Made by a program: the position numbers and the translations under genes
Notes under the pieces: generated by a model
Database searches by the model: none
Seen by the model: only the letters and a program-made list of their open reading frames with translations
What the model was told of the DNA's origin: nothing
Assembly: GCF_009914755.1 (NCBI RefSeq)
Contig: NC_060932.1
Source: the human T2T-CHM13v2.0 reference genome, Homo sapiens
Length of the DNA: 64,000 bases
Strand: one strand, 5' to 3'
Shown here: one piece after another, positions 29,151 to 42,380 of the stretch
Position numbering within the stretch: the stretch's first letter is position 1
Layout: each line of letters opens with the position of its first letter

Positions 29151-31133
29151 AGGATGTTCCATTTTCCAATCATTTTCTATTCCAATCCATTTCTATCTCT
29201 ATTCTCTAGAGTCCCATAACCTGACAACAAGGGTTTATGCTCATAGTACTATATTTCTACCTCCAAGCACATGACAATTCCCTGAAATAACCAAGGAAGA
29301 AAGAAGGTAAGAAAATTAAGCGCACATTACCATGAGTGTTCAAATACTTTTCTTGAATATTAGAAATTTAAAAAGATTAATATCCTGTTTTATTTGAGAT
29401 ATTCAAGACTTCTGAAACTAACTAAAAGTAGCTTGATAGCATGGTGTTCGTATGTTCTTAAAGCTTTCCATATGGGTAAGGGTCTTTTACTCCTGCCCTT
29501 TCACTGAAGCTTGTGGTTTATATGTGAAGAGATATAGTGACTTTTAAAGGGGCTTAGCATTGCTCAGTTATTCTTTCTGTATCATTGACGGCAGAGCTTT
29601 TCAAGCGGCTTCAGAAGACTCCCTTCTTTATAGATTCAAGGAATCCAAATAAAATTACCAAGAAGAAGAGACGTATGAAGGCTATACTTCCTTCCCATGA
29701 GAAACTTAGCCTGCAATGACTCATATACTTAATCAAGTTCCTAGAAGCATCTCCTTTGGGTATTCGAAGCACATCTTAGTTTACCTCATTGAGTATGCAC
29801 AACATACCCAAGTTCTCTCAGCCTGTAGGAGGCACAGCCAGAAAGTTCTTGGTGTTTTGGAAAGATCTTGGGTTCTAGAGTCAAGCTGATTAGAATTTAA
29901 ATCCTGGTTCTGCCACTTAGAAAAATCTGATGACAATATCAGTCTCTGAGATCTTCAGCTGCTCTTTAAAATGGGTTCAATAATGCCAACTTCCTAGGGT
30001 TTCATGGTGATTAAACTGAATGAGGTAATATAGGCTTCATGCCAGCCATAGAATAGGCACGTAGTGGGAACTTTATGTTTGCTTTTTTCTCCAGTTTCCA
30101 GTATGAAATACAATATTAAGGTTATAAAATTTTCCTTTGGTATTTATAAAGAATGAATCTCAAATTAAATTAATTGCACTCAAATAATACTATTAGGAAT
30201 TCAACCAAAAAGACATTTAATGTATATTACCATTAACCCACAGAGAAGCCATGTACAGACCAAGGGAGAAAGTGTGAAGGTCTCATTACAAATAAATTTA
30301 GAGACAGTTTTCTCCTTCCCTAAGGCAAAAATGTTCCACAGCCTTAATTAAACTTTTCAAAATTTGTTTTGATTTTCCCTTCTATTCCTTTGAAATCTTA
30401 TCTGATATTAGTCTTCAGGCTTTCTTCTCTCCCTTATCTGCCATCTGGAACTTCTATTAAAGATGCACACACATTCTCTCTGTCTCTCTGTCCTTCTGTC
30501 TCTGTTTCTTTCTGTTTTTGTCTCTCTCTCCCTTCCCCCTGCATCCTGCCCATAAAATACTTTTAGTCCTTTGAAAAAAAAAACTGTAATTATAATGTAT
30601 TTCTATAAAGATGCCCTTCACTACTTTGCTGGCAACACACTGTGAAGTTCTGAATATGAAAATGTGTGATCATTTCAATGACAGGCTGTGAACAGATTTC
30701 TTGTCTTTGCAAAACATTTGCAAATCATTTTAATTACCTGTAGATTAAGTCCAGATTTCTCAGTCTGACGTTCAGTGTCCTTCCCAATTGTCCATTCATT
30801 CCATGCCCATCTTCTACCAACCCCATTGTACGTGGTCTTCTGACCACTCTGGATAATGTACTGTTCCCTGAACACAACAGCCTTTCAGGGAATGCTGCCT
30901 GGAAATTGTGCATACCATTGCATTTACCCATACATAAGCTCCTTGAGATGCCTTCACCCACCCCACTTCTCTACTCGATGATAGCATAAAAATGCTAAGG
31001 ATTCATTTTGAATGTCAACCTCACACAGGCAAGGCTAATCATTCCCTCTTTTGTGCCCCTTGAAAACAGCAAGTAATGGATCCTATCACCCATTGTTTTG
31101 GTTGGCGAAATATGAGTCTTCCCCAGTAGAACA

Positions 31134-32765
31134 CAGGCAGACCTCAGAGATATTGCAGGTTTAGCTCCCGAAGACCACAATAAAACAAATGTCACAATAA
31201 AATGAGTCACACGAATGTTTTGGTTTCCCAGTGCATATAAGAGTTATGTTTGCACTACACTGAGTCTAGTAAGTGTGCAGTAGCATTATGTCTGAAAAAG
31301 CAATGTACATATATTAACTGAAAAATACTTTATTGCTAAAAAATGCTAATGAACATCTGAGCCTTCAGTGAGAATCTTTTTGCTGGTAAAGGGTCTTGCC
31401 TTGATATGGATGGCTGCTGACTGATCAGAACGCTGGTTGCTGAAGGTTGGGGCATTTAAGAAATTGCTGTGGCCAATTTCTTAAAATAAGACAAAAATGA
31501 AGTTTCACACATTGATCGACTCTTCCATGAAAGATTTCTTTGTAGCATGTGATGCTTTTTTATGGCATTTTACCCACAGAAAAATGTTTGACTTCTTTCA
31601 AAATTGGAGTCAATCCTCTCAAACCCTGGGTGCTGCTTTATCAACTAAGTTTATGGAATATCCTCAATCTTTTGCTGTCATTTCAACAATGCTTACAGCA
31701 CCTTCACCAGGAGTACATTCCATCTCAAGAAACCACTTTCTTTGCTCATTCATAAGAAGCAACTATTCATTCGTTCAAGTTTTATCATGAGGTTGCAGCG
31801 ATTCAGTCACATCTTCAGGCTTCACTTTCAATTCTAATTCTCTTGCTATTTCTACCACATCTGCAGTTCCTTCGTTCCCTGAAGTCTTGAACCCCTCAAA
31901 GTCATTCCTGAGGGTTGGAATCAACTTCTTGCAAACTCCTGTTAATGTTAATATCTTGACCTCCTTAGGGAGTCTCTCTGAACCTATTCTGGTTCAGGAG
32001 GCTGCCCAATTGCCAAAAAAAAATTAAAATTTTAAAAATATATATTTTGACCTCCTCGTATGAAGCACAAATGTTCTTCATGGCATCTAGAAAGGTGGAT
32101 CCTTCTATGGTGAATACTAACAATAAGGCTGTTTCACATTCTTATCATTTTTCTGTTCACTGGAGTAGCACTTTTCATTTCATTCAAGAACTTTTATTTG
32201 CATTTACAACTTGGCTAACTGGCAAAAGAGACCCAGCTTTTGGCCTGTCTCAGCTTTCAACATACCTTCTTCACTAAGCTTAATTATTTCTAGCTTTTGA
32301 TTTAAAGTGAGAGACAAGCAATTCTTTCTTCCCCTTGAACACTTAGAGGCCATTGTAGGGTTATTAATTGGCCTAATTTCAAATTGTTATGTCTCAGGGA
32401 ATAGGGAGTTCCAAGGAAAGGGAAACAGACAGGGGAAAGGCCAGTTGGTGGAGCAGTCAGAACACATAATAATGTTCATCCATAAGTTCACCATCCCATA
32501 TGGACAAAGTTTGTGGCACTCCTAAACAATTACAATAGTGACATTAAAAAATCACTGATCACAGATTACCATAACAGATATAATAATAATGAAAATGTTT
32601 GCAATATTGAGAGAATTACCGAAATGTGACACAGAGGCACAAAGTGAGCACATGCTGTTGGAAAAAAAATGGTGCCAATAGACTTGCTCAACAGGGAGTT
32701 GCCACAAACCTTCAATCTATAAAAAATGCAGTGTCTGGGAAGCACAATAAAACAAGGCATGCCCG
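31134..32765 (-). mobile_element. Tigger1 DNA transposon with both terminal inverted repeats, internally deleted (~1.6 kb)
   Basis: Left end caggcagacctcagagatattgcagg, right end cacaataaaacaaggcatgcccg-TA, with decayed transposase sequence inside. Confidence 0.9.
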
Positions 32766-34007
32766 TATACGCTTCATGATGGCAGGGTCTTTTTTTTCCC
32801 CATACCCAGAATCCCAGAGTTTTTGATGCATTGTTACAATCTCAGGATGTGGGAAGGGCAAGAATTTTACGTGATTTTTGCTAATAAGAAGAAAAAAAAA
32901 ACTATAGCCAATACTATTCAATCAAATTGTAACTGACAGAAAAAAAATTCTCAAAAAAGTTTCTTTCCCTTTTATAAAAGCTCAGGTTGCAAGTCTGAAG
33001 TGAATTTGGATTCCTTGGGGTTAGAGATCCAGGCTTCCTCCACCTCATACCTCCATGCATGCCTCTCCTCCCATCTTCACCTCTGGATCCAAGACTCCAT
33101 CACATCAACATTCAATCCAGCAGATGAGAGGGAAGAGAAAAAGTTTACATTAAAAACACTCCTGGAAGTTGTATATACCATTTCCACTTCCAGCTCAGCA
33201 ATTGGTAAAGTGACAATATCTCACAGTAGCGGAGGCTGGGAAATGTAGAGTCTTTAATCTTTACAGTTTCATTATGCAAATTAAACACAGGCTCTTGAAC
33301 CAGACTTCCTCCAGCCACCGTGACTTGCAATCATTTGACGTTATGCTGAAGGCAAGTTAAGGTGCAATACGTTTAGCATTCATTAGTTACTTCATCTTCA
33401 AGCATACACTTTCATACATATTTATAGCTAGGACATAAATTTAACTGGATCATGTGTTAAGATATTATTGCAGTCACTGCTTCTGAGATTGCATATGTCT
33501 ACTTTTAGCAGATTGTTCTCCCCAGCTTTGGTTGTTAAACATAGAGCTCCATTACTCCCTTGATGGTGTTAATGAAAAACAACTCATGAGTGAGTTATAT
33601 AACTTAATTGTAATCAAGAACTCGACCTAGTTGTATTACCTAAGGAAATCACATCTTAAATTCATCATACCCTCAACTGAATACTTTCCTCCAGAACTTT
33701 CCCCTCCTCCCATATTCTCATCCTGAGGGTAGCATCATCATCTGCCTAGCAGGTCAAGTCAGAAACCTGGAAATCTCTCCATTCAATCACCAAATTCTGT
33801 TGATTCTTCCTGTTCCAATCCTTTCGGTTGCTCCATCATTATCAGAGTGTTTGTTCAGGTCCTCACCTACCTGGTCTGCTACACCTTCCCTGACTAGGCT
33901 TCCTGCTTCTGGTCACAGCCCCTCCTCACTGCTGTCAGAATGCCCACCAGTTACAAGTGTTCTGCTCCCCTGCTTTCAATCCTCCCTAACACTCACAGGA
34001 TCATGCC

Positions 34008-34514
34008 TGTGATGGTTAATATTGGATTGAAGGACGCAAAGTATTGTTCCTGGGTGTGACCGTGAGGGTGTTGGCAAAGGAGATTAACATTTGAGTCAGT
34101 GGACTGGGAAAGGCAGACACACCCTCCATCTGGGTGGGCACCATCTATCTAATCAGCTGCCAGCATGGCTAGGATAAAAGCAGGCAAAAGAACACAGAAG
34201 GACTAGACTGGTTTAGTCTTCCAGCCTGCATCTTTCTCCCATGCTCAATGCTTCCTGCCCTCAAATATTGGACTCCAAGTTCTTCAGCTTTTGGACTCTT
34301 GGACCTTCGACCACAGACTGAAGCCTGCACTGTTGGCTTCCCTACTTTTGAGGTTTTGGGACTGGAAGTGGCTTCCTTTCTCCTCAGCTTGCAGACAGAC
34401 TACTGTGGGACTTAACCTTGTGATCGTGTGAGTCAAGAATCCTTAATAAACTCCTCTTTATATATACATCTATCCTATTAGTTCTGTTCCTCTAGAGAAC
34501 TCTGACTAATTCCA
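34008..34514 (+). mobile_element. MLT2A (HERV-L) solo LTR
   Basis: tgtgatggttaat...gagattaacatttgagtcagtggactggg...ttaataaactcc...gttctgttcctctagagaactctgactaat. Confidence 0.9.
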
Positions 34515-34987
34515 TGCTCATGCTCCTAACTCCCACCTCTCCTGGCCAAGTGAAAATCCTGGATCCTGCCAATCCTTTCAGCTCCAGTTCCCGGCACATC
34601 CCCTTGGTGCCCTAAACTGTCTTTTAAGCAGTCATTGTCACTTTCACTTTGCAAGTGCTGATCCCTCCCCATCTGGAAGACTCTTCACTCCCTTCCCCTA
34701 ATTCCTTCCTTGTCTTTCTTTGCCTGCCTGATCTCCCCTAGTTATCCTTCAAAAGTCAGTTCAGTCAGACATCATTCCTCTGTGAAACTTCCTCTGCCTC
34801 CCCTCCTCCCACCCCACTGTAAAACAAGGCCTTTCCTCCACTCCACTCACATAAAACATATGCTTTTATTATATGACTTATCACATTATTTTAAAACTCT
34901 ATTTAATTATCTTATTGATTGCAAGATATTTGAAAACAAGAATTTTTCCTTGTTTATATTTGCCTCCTCAGATCCTTGCACAATTCC

Positions 34988-35283
34988 TTTTTTTTTTTAA
35001 GATAGGGTCTTGCTCTGCTGCCCAGGCTGAAGTGCAGTGGCGCAATCCTGGCTCACAGCAGCCTCAAACTCCTGGGCTCAAGAGATCCTCCTGCCTCAGC
35101 CTCCAGAGTAGCTGGGGATACAGGCACATACCACGATGCTCAGCTGGTTTTTAAAAATTTTTTTGTAGAGAGATTATCTTGCTATGTTGCCCAGGCTGGT
35201 CTCAAACTCTTGGCCTCAAGCAATCTTCCTGCCATGTCCTCCCAAAGTGCTAGGATTGGAGGTATGAGCCACAGTGCCAGGCC
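34988..35283 (-). mobile_element. AluJ, TSD CTTGCACAATTCCT
   Basis: Diverged dimer with flanking direct repeat. Confidence 0.9.
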
Positions 35284-35720
35284 TCTTGCACAATTCCTAA
35301 CACATAAGATCTCAACAGAATGAAAAAACAAACAAATTATCATTCTGGTGTGCATAATTTTATATGGCTGAGGATAACTGAATGTATAGTTTGATATTCT
35401 GTTTTTTCCAATTAAAATTATATAATAATCTTTTTAAATTTTTATACAGCCAAGTGAGTTAACCTCTCCTTATAGTCTTAAAATTTTTTATCAACATATA
35501 TTATATCACTGTCCTATACTTTTAGAATATTTTCGCTATTGAAGGACATTTGCATTTGTTGCATTTTTTGATATTGTATTTAATACTTTGATGAACTTTA
35601 TTGTTCATAAAGATTTGTGTTTCAGAATATTTTATTTAGAATAGATTGTTAGGAAGCAGAATTTCTAGAAAGAGAAAAAGTAAGTCAATGGATATGGACC
35701 TTTTTGAGGCTTATGTTTTA

Positions 35721-35775
35721 TTAGGCTGGTGCAAAAGTAATGGCAAAAACTGCAATTACTTTTGCACCAACCTAA
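35721..35775. mobile_element. MADE1 (Hsmar1-derived MITE), copy 1
   Basis: TA-ttaggctggtgcaaaagtaat...attacttttgcaccaacctaa-TA. Confidence 0.9.
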
Positions 35776-35797
35776 TATATTGCCAAGTGATTCACTA

Positions 35798-35861
35798 TTA
35801 TGTTGGTGCACAAGTAATTGTGGTAATGGCAAAAACCTTAATTATTTGTGCACCAACCTAG
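35798..35861. mobile_element. MADE1, copy 2
   Basis: TA-ttatgttggtgcacaagtaat...attatttgtgcaccaacctag-TA. Confidence 0.85.
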
Positions 35862-36021
35862 TAAAATGACAAAACCCATTTGGATTCACACAGGCAGTAT
35901 ATAAGAGCAAGCATCTCATTTTAAAAGAGGTGTAGACCAACCAGAAAGCATCTATCACAGAATGAAAAGAATTTGAGCAATCAGTAAAGCGTAATAAGCA
36001 AACAATCATTGAAGGTACACG

Positions 36022-36360
<339 letters not shown>

Positions 36361-38389
36361 CTAAAGAAGAGAAGTAATGAGAGAAACTTGACAGATCTTT
36401 TCAAATATTTGAAACACCATCATTAGGAAGAGGAAGCAGATTTTGAGAACAATGATAGAGTAACTCACTACTAGGTACTGAGTGTTTGCTGTGTGCCAGG
36501 CATTGTGTTACGAGTTTTTGAATCTTCATTTCACAGATAGATAACTAAGACTTCAAAAGCTTTCGTCACTTTACCTAGTCACAGAGGTCACTAGTAGCAG
36601 ATCTGGTATTCGTAAATCCAGGCTGCACTGGCTCTAAAGCTCATGTCTTAATAGCCACACCAGCACTTCCCAAACTTTCCCATCAAGGTGAATTTAACGG
36701 TAAAAAATAGTGAAAGCAGATCCTTAGGGTAGGTGAGGTATAGATGAAGCTAGCTGTCTATAAGCAAGGGAATTCCTAGAAGCCTTCATTTTGCTTTTAA
36801 TCTATGTGCATTTTTACAGTCGCTATGGAAAACAACGTGACAGTTCCTCAAAATATTAAAAGTAGAATTACCATAGGATCCCACAACCCCACTTCTGGGT
36901 ATACACTCTGTAAGGAAAGAGTAGTAGAAAATAGGACAGGAGGGTTTTCCAGAAGACCCCAGAGTCCTATGAATATCTTTCAAGGCCTATGCCTTAATGG
37001 TATTAAAAAGAGACCAAGAGAGAAATCACCCTATGAAATAGTTTATGCTTTAGCACTTCCACTTATGTTGTATTTCTCCTTACATTTTGAATATTTAGCA
37101 TTCTTAGCATGGCATAGTTTTGAGTCTCCAGATATGTAAGTTTATATAGTTAAAATGCTTGTGGGCATTTGCTTGCAACTAACAAAGATAAATCAAATAA
37201 TTGATAGTAGAATACATTCTATCTGTATAGGAAGTAAGAAGACAAATGCCCTCTACCTACTTTCTGAGACTGCCTGGTGACCCTAATATTGGATTTGTAG
37301 ATTTTAAGGGTAATTTATTGTGTAGCTATAAGCTCTTGACCCATAATTCTTTGCTATGGCTGTCAAGGACATTGTCCCTCAGATTTTTAATGGACTCTTA
37401 CAGCTAAAAGCAAGATGAGAAACAAGAATACCCAGGAACTACTTGATCAGGCATCAGCATGACTTCAGCTTGGAGCAAGCCTCCCATCAGCAAGTTACTT
37501 TTATGTTTGAAACTAGAGTGAGACTTTGATTTAAAGAGAGATGATTTCCTGTTGCTGAACACTGTGCATGTGTGTGTGCACTCAAGTGTATGTGCGTGCA
37601 CTCAAGTGTGTGTGCGTGCATGCATTTGTACACGAGTTTGGTAGATTCCTAATTCTCTATCATTCCTGGAGGCTAGTATTCTCACAGTCAAGCTGAAGCT
37701 GTATTTCTTCCTTATTAATACACATGCTACTGAAAAGTTTCTCAGGTTCTCAGAATTCTTATTAAAAATTATAGTCCAAGGAAATTTTTTCAGATTTCAG
37801 ATTCTCCAATGAGAAGAAAAAAGCTTGACATTCTGATTTCATGTTGGCTTTTACAGCTTTTAATTAAAGCATATCATATCTGCCCATCTTCTTTTCTCCA
37901 AATTAGTGCTATTTTGTACTAAAAGAAATTAAAAGTGAGGAATTAAAATTTGGAAAGGAAGAAATAATAATACTATTTAAGGATGACCTTTTTGAAAATC
38001 CAAAATAATTCAATACGTAGATTCCATTTTTCTATATGAACTTGCTTTTTTGAAAGGGTTTTTGTAGTTTGTGTCTTTCCAAGGAATTTGTCTATTTCAT
38101 CTATTATGTATTGGCATCAAGTTCATCGTAATATTCCCTTATTGTCTTTTTAATAATGTCAGTGGTCATATTTCCTCTCTCATTTCTGATATCGGTATTT
38201 CTGTCTTCACTGTTGTTAACATAATCAGCCTACCAGAATTCTCTCAATTTTATTAATCTTCTCGATGAAACAGTTTTTGTTTTCATTGATTTTTTTTCTG
38301 TGTCTTTCTGTTTTTAATTTCATAGATTTCTGCTCTTTATTATTTCCTTCCTTCTACTTTGGGGTTAACTTGCTGTTTCTTTTCTGTTT

Positions 38390-38693
38390 TCTGTTTGTTT
38401 ATTTGTTTGTTTTTTGAGGTGGAGTTTCACTCTGTCGCCCAGGCTGGAGTTCAGTGGCATGATCTTGGCTCACTGCAACCTCTGCCTCCCGGGTTCAATC
38501 AGTTCTGTCTCAGCCTCCTGAGTAACTGAGACTATAGGCACATGCCACCATACCCAGCTAATTTTTGTATTTTTAGGAGAGGTGGGGTTTCACCATATTG
38601 GTCAGGCTGGTCTCGAACTCCTGACCTAAAGTGATCCACCTGCCTCGGCCTCCCAAAGTGCTGGGATTACAGGCCTGAGCCACTGTGCCCGGC
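38390..38693 (-). mobile_element. AluS
   Basis: Full dimer. Confidence 0.92.
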
Positions 38694-40596
38694 TTTGCTG
38701 TTCTTTTTCTAAATTCTTAAGGCAGAAACTCAGATTACCGCTTTAAAATCTTCTTCTCTTCTAATTTGGCATTTAAAGATCTAAATTACCCTCTAAGCAT
38801 TTCTTTAACTGCATCCTATACATTTTGATGTATTTTATTTTTGTTTCCATTTAGTTTAGAATATTTCTAATTTTCCTTGTGATATATGCTTTCACCCATG
38901 AGTTATTTAGAGTGTGTTGCTTAATTCCCAAATATCTGGGATTTTCCAAGTATCTTTCTGTTACGAATTCTAGTTTAATTCCATTATGATCTAAGAACTC
39001 AATGTGTGTGATTTCTACCTTCTTAAATTTTTTGATACTATTTTATAAGCCTGAATGTGATCTTTCCTGATGAATATTCCATGCGCACTTAAAAAAGAAC
39101 GTATATTCTGCTGCTGTTCGGTGTGGTGTTCTAGTGGATCAAGTTGGTCAATTATTTCTCCTTTCAGTTCTATTGGGTTTTGCCTCATGTACAGTATTTG
39201 GAAACTCTGCTACTGGACGCACATAGTCTTAGAATTGTCGTATCTTTATGAATCAATTCCTTTATCATTGTAAATTGTCCCTTGTTATCTCCGGTAATAA
39301 TCCATGTTCTGAACTCTACTTTGTCTTATATGGGTATTGCCACTGCAGCTTTTTTTGATTAGTGCTTGCATAATATATCTTTATTCATCATTTTACTTTT
39401 AACCAATCTTTGTATTTATATGTAACATGGATAACTCTTGTCCAGCAGATAGCTGAGTCTTGCTTTTTATCCAGTGTGACAGTCTATGCCTTTTTCATTG
39501 GAGTGTTTAGACAACTTAAACTTAGTGTAATTATCAATATGGTTAGATTTAAATATACCATCTTGCAATTTTCTGTTTGTTCCAGTTGTTCTTTGTTTCC
39601 TTTTATTTCACTGTTTCTCTTGCCTTGTTTTGGTTTGGGTAATTTTTTTTAGTATTCCACTTTATCTCCAGTCTTGGCTTATCAACTATAACTTTTTGTT
39701 TTTGTTTTCATCTTCCTTATTGATGTTATTGTTGTTTTCATTATTGCTCCAACGTTTGCAATATACATCTTCAACTTATTTCAGTCTATCTTTTAACATT
39801 GCACCACTTCACCTATAGTGAGAGACTTTACAACAGTATATGGAAGTTATATGCTATATTTATATATGTACACAAGTTATACATTATATGTTCCTCTTCT
39901 CCTTTTGTGCCTTATAATAGTACATTTTAAACCCCACTGTGCATTGTCATTAACTTTACTTTAAACATTTAAAAAATAAGAAAAAATGTTTTTATATCTG
40001 CCCGAATATTTATGATTTCTGATACTTTTTAGCCCTTTGTATGATGACTTTGTTCTGATACTTTTTAGCCCTTCCTGATGACCTCCTTAGTCACGCAAAC
40101 CTCTTTCTTTATAAATTACCCAGTCTCGGGTATGTCTTTATTAGCAGCATGAGAATGGACTAACACACCCTACATCCAAATATAGTCACATTCTGAGGTA
40201 CTGAGAGTTAAGGCTTAAACATATGCATTTTGGAGATATACATCCAACCTATAACAATTTATTTCTGATAATAATGTGCTGTGACTCTTAGCTTTAATCC
40301 TCTGTGTAATGTCTTTTTTCTCTTGCTGCTTTTGGGATTCTTTTTATCACTGTTTTTCAACAGTTTGGTTGGGATGTTCTTTTTAGTATGGTTTTTTTGT
40401 GTGTTTTTCTTTTCTGTGTTTATTCTTTTTGTTAGAATTTTAAAATCTGATGTTTTATACTTTTTGTAAATTTTGAATATTTGAATAAGCCATTACTTCA
40501 AATACTTTTCTGACCCCCACCCCAGGGTTCTCACCTCTGGAACTCAAATTTCACATCTATTAAAGCATTCTGTCTTATTCCTCAGGTCACCAATGC

Positions 40597-41248
40597 TGAA
40601 ACCACCTTTGCAAAATTGTGACTGAGACAGTGAAAGAGATCTAACCTCACCTATTCCATCTTGCTTTTAACCTCCAAGCTGTCCTTGTTCCTTCCTGAGT
40701 GTAGGCTGAACTAACTTTGGGAGGAACTTAGTTTATAATTTATAGTTTAAAACAAAGACAGTAACAGCCCTTTCCCAAAACAAACCTCCTTCTTGCCTGG
40801 GGACTAGACTGCCTTTGTAGGATTAACAAATTAGCCACAAAATTAAAAACCTTGGTTTAGGGGTCATGCAGCGGGAGGCTACAAGATTCTGACCCTCCCT
40901 AAACTGCTCCTAAGATCAGTACTTGAGATATTTTGCAGACCCTGCACTTGATGGATCAGCTGACACCACCCAGACCACCACAAGAGGACAGCTTCAATTT
41001 CCCATGACTTCATCTCCTACATAACCAGTCAGCAGTCTTGGCTGTCTGACTTTTCCCCCACCCACCAAATTGTCCATAAAAACTCTGATCCCCAAATGCC
41101 TGGGGAAACTGATTTGAGTAATAATAAAACTCCCATCTCCCACACAGTTGACTATGCATGAATTACTTTTTCTCTATTGCAGTTCCCCTGTCTCGATAAA
41201 TTGGCTCTCTCTGTGCAGCAGGTAAGGTAAACCCACTGGGCAGCTACT
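40597..41248 (+). mobile_element. LTR8 solo LTR (ERV1)
   Basis: tgaaaccacctttgcaaaatt...actgagacagtgaaagagatctaac...gatttgagtaataataaaactcc. Confidence 0.85.
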
Positions 41249-41685
41249 ATGCCTTCTTCATTTCTTTAGTCTTTTTCCCTGTCCGCTTTGTTTGGATCAT
41301 TGCTATTGTTTTGTCTTCAAGTTTTCTTTTGTGGTAGCTAACCTGTTGTAAATCTCATCCAGTGCACTTTCTTCCAAATACTGTATTTCTTATTCTAGAA
41401 GTTCCAGTTGGCTCTTTTTCATGTCTTCCATTTCTTTTATGTTTTCCAGTACTTCCTTGAACACTTGTATCATCTTTCTAAGGGCTGTTTTAGAATCTTT
41501 GTCTGCAAACTCCATTTTATCTGTAATTTCTATATCTGTTTCCATAGGTTTTTCTCCTAATTGTATGTAACATTGTTCTGCTTCTTTGTATATGTAATAG
41601 ATGTTTACTGGATTCCAGATATTTTGATTTTTACATTGTTGGGTGTTGGGTTTTGTTAGATTATTTTACATTGATTTGGACTTTG

Positions 41686-42380
41686 TTCTAGTCGGACCTC
41701 CAGAGAGACAAAATTCATCAGAGCTACACATATAGGCAGAAAGATAAGAAGGGATTTATTAAGAGAATTGACTCACTCCATTATGGAGGCTAAGTCCCAA
41801 AATAATCCATCTGCAAGCTGGAGACCCAGGGATCCCTGTAGCATGGCTTGGTCCAAATTCAAAGGCCTTAGGACCAAGGAAGCTGATGGTGTAACTCTTA
41901 GTGCGATGGCAAAGGCCTGAGAGCCAGTGGGGCAAGCAGAGGTGCCCGCTGGTATGTATCCTGAAGTCTAAAGAACAGAAAACCTAGAATTTTGATGTCC
42001 CAGGGCAAGAGAAGAAAGGTATCCAGGCTCCAAAAGAGAGAGAACAAGCATTTGTCCTTCCTACACCCTCTTGTTCTATCCAGGCACCCAGCCAATTGAA
42101 TAGTGCCCACCCATGCTCAGGGTGGATCTTTCCCACCCAGTCCACCAATTCACACACAGTCTCCTTCAGAAACAGCCTCACAGACACACCCAGAGCAGCC
42201 CAATCATTCTAATCAGAAGCAAAACCACCTGGGTTTTTCTTTCAACAGAAAGAGGATGGGTTCAGTGCCTACTGAAGCTTTGAGAATAATTAGTGCAAAA
42301 ACTGAGAATAAATGATATTTTACCAGCTCTCTGGGCTTCCCTTAATCCAGTCAACTTGACACCCCAAATCAACCATCACA
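41686..42380 (-). mobile_element. MLT2B-like (ERVL) solo LTR
   Basis: ctccagagagacaaaa...gatttattaagagaattgactcac...ccagtcaacttgacaccccaaatcaaccatcaca. Confidence 0.8.

Larger units (their letters stand above)
38050..41680 (-). mobile_element. Old L1M antisense fragments (ORF2 endonuclease region, ORF1), split by an Alu, MaLR pieces and LTR8
   Basis: tttgttttcattgattttt; ccctctaagcatttctttaactgcatcc; ttccatgcgcacttaaaaaagaacgtatattctgc. Confidence 0.75.
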
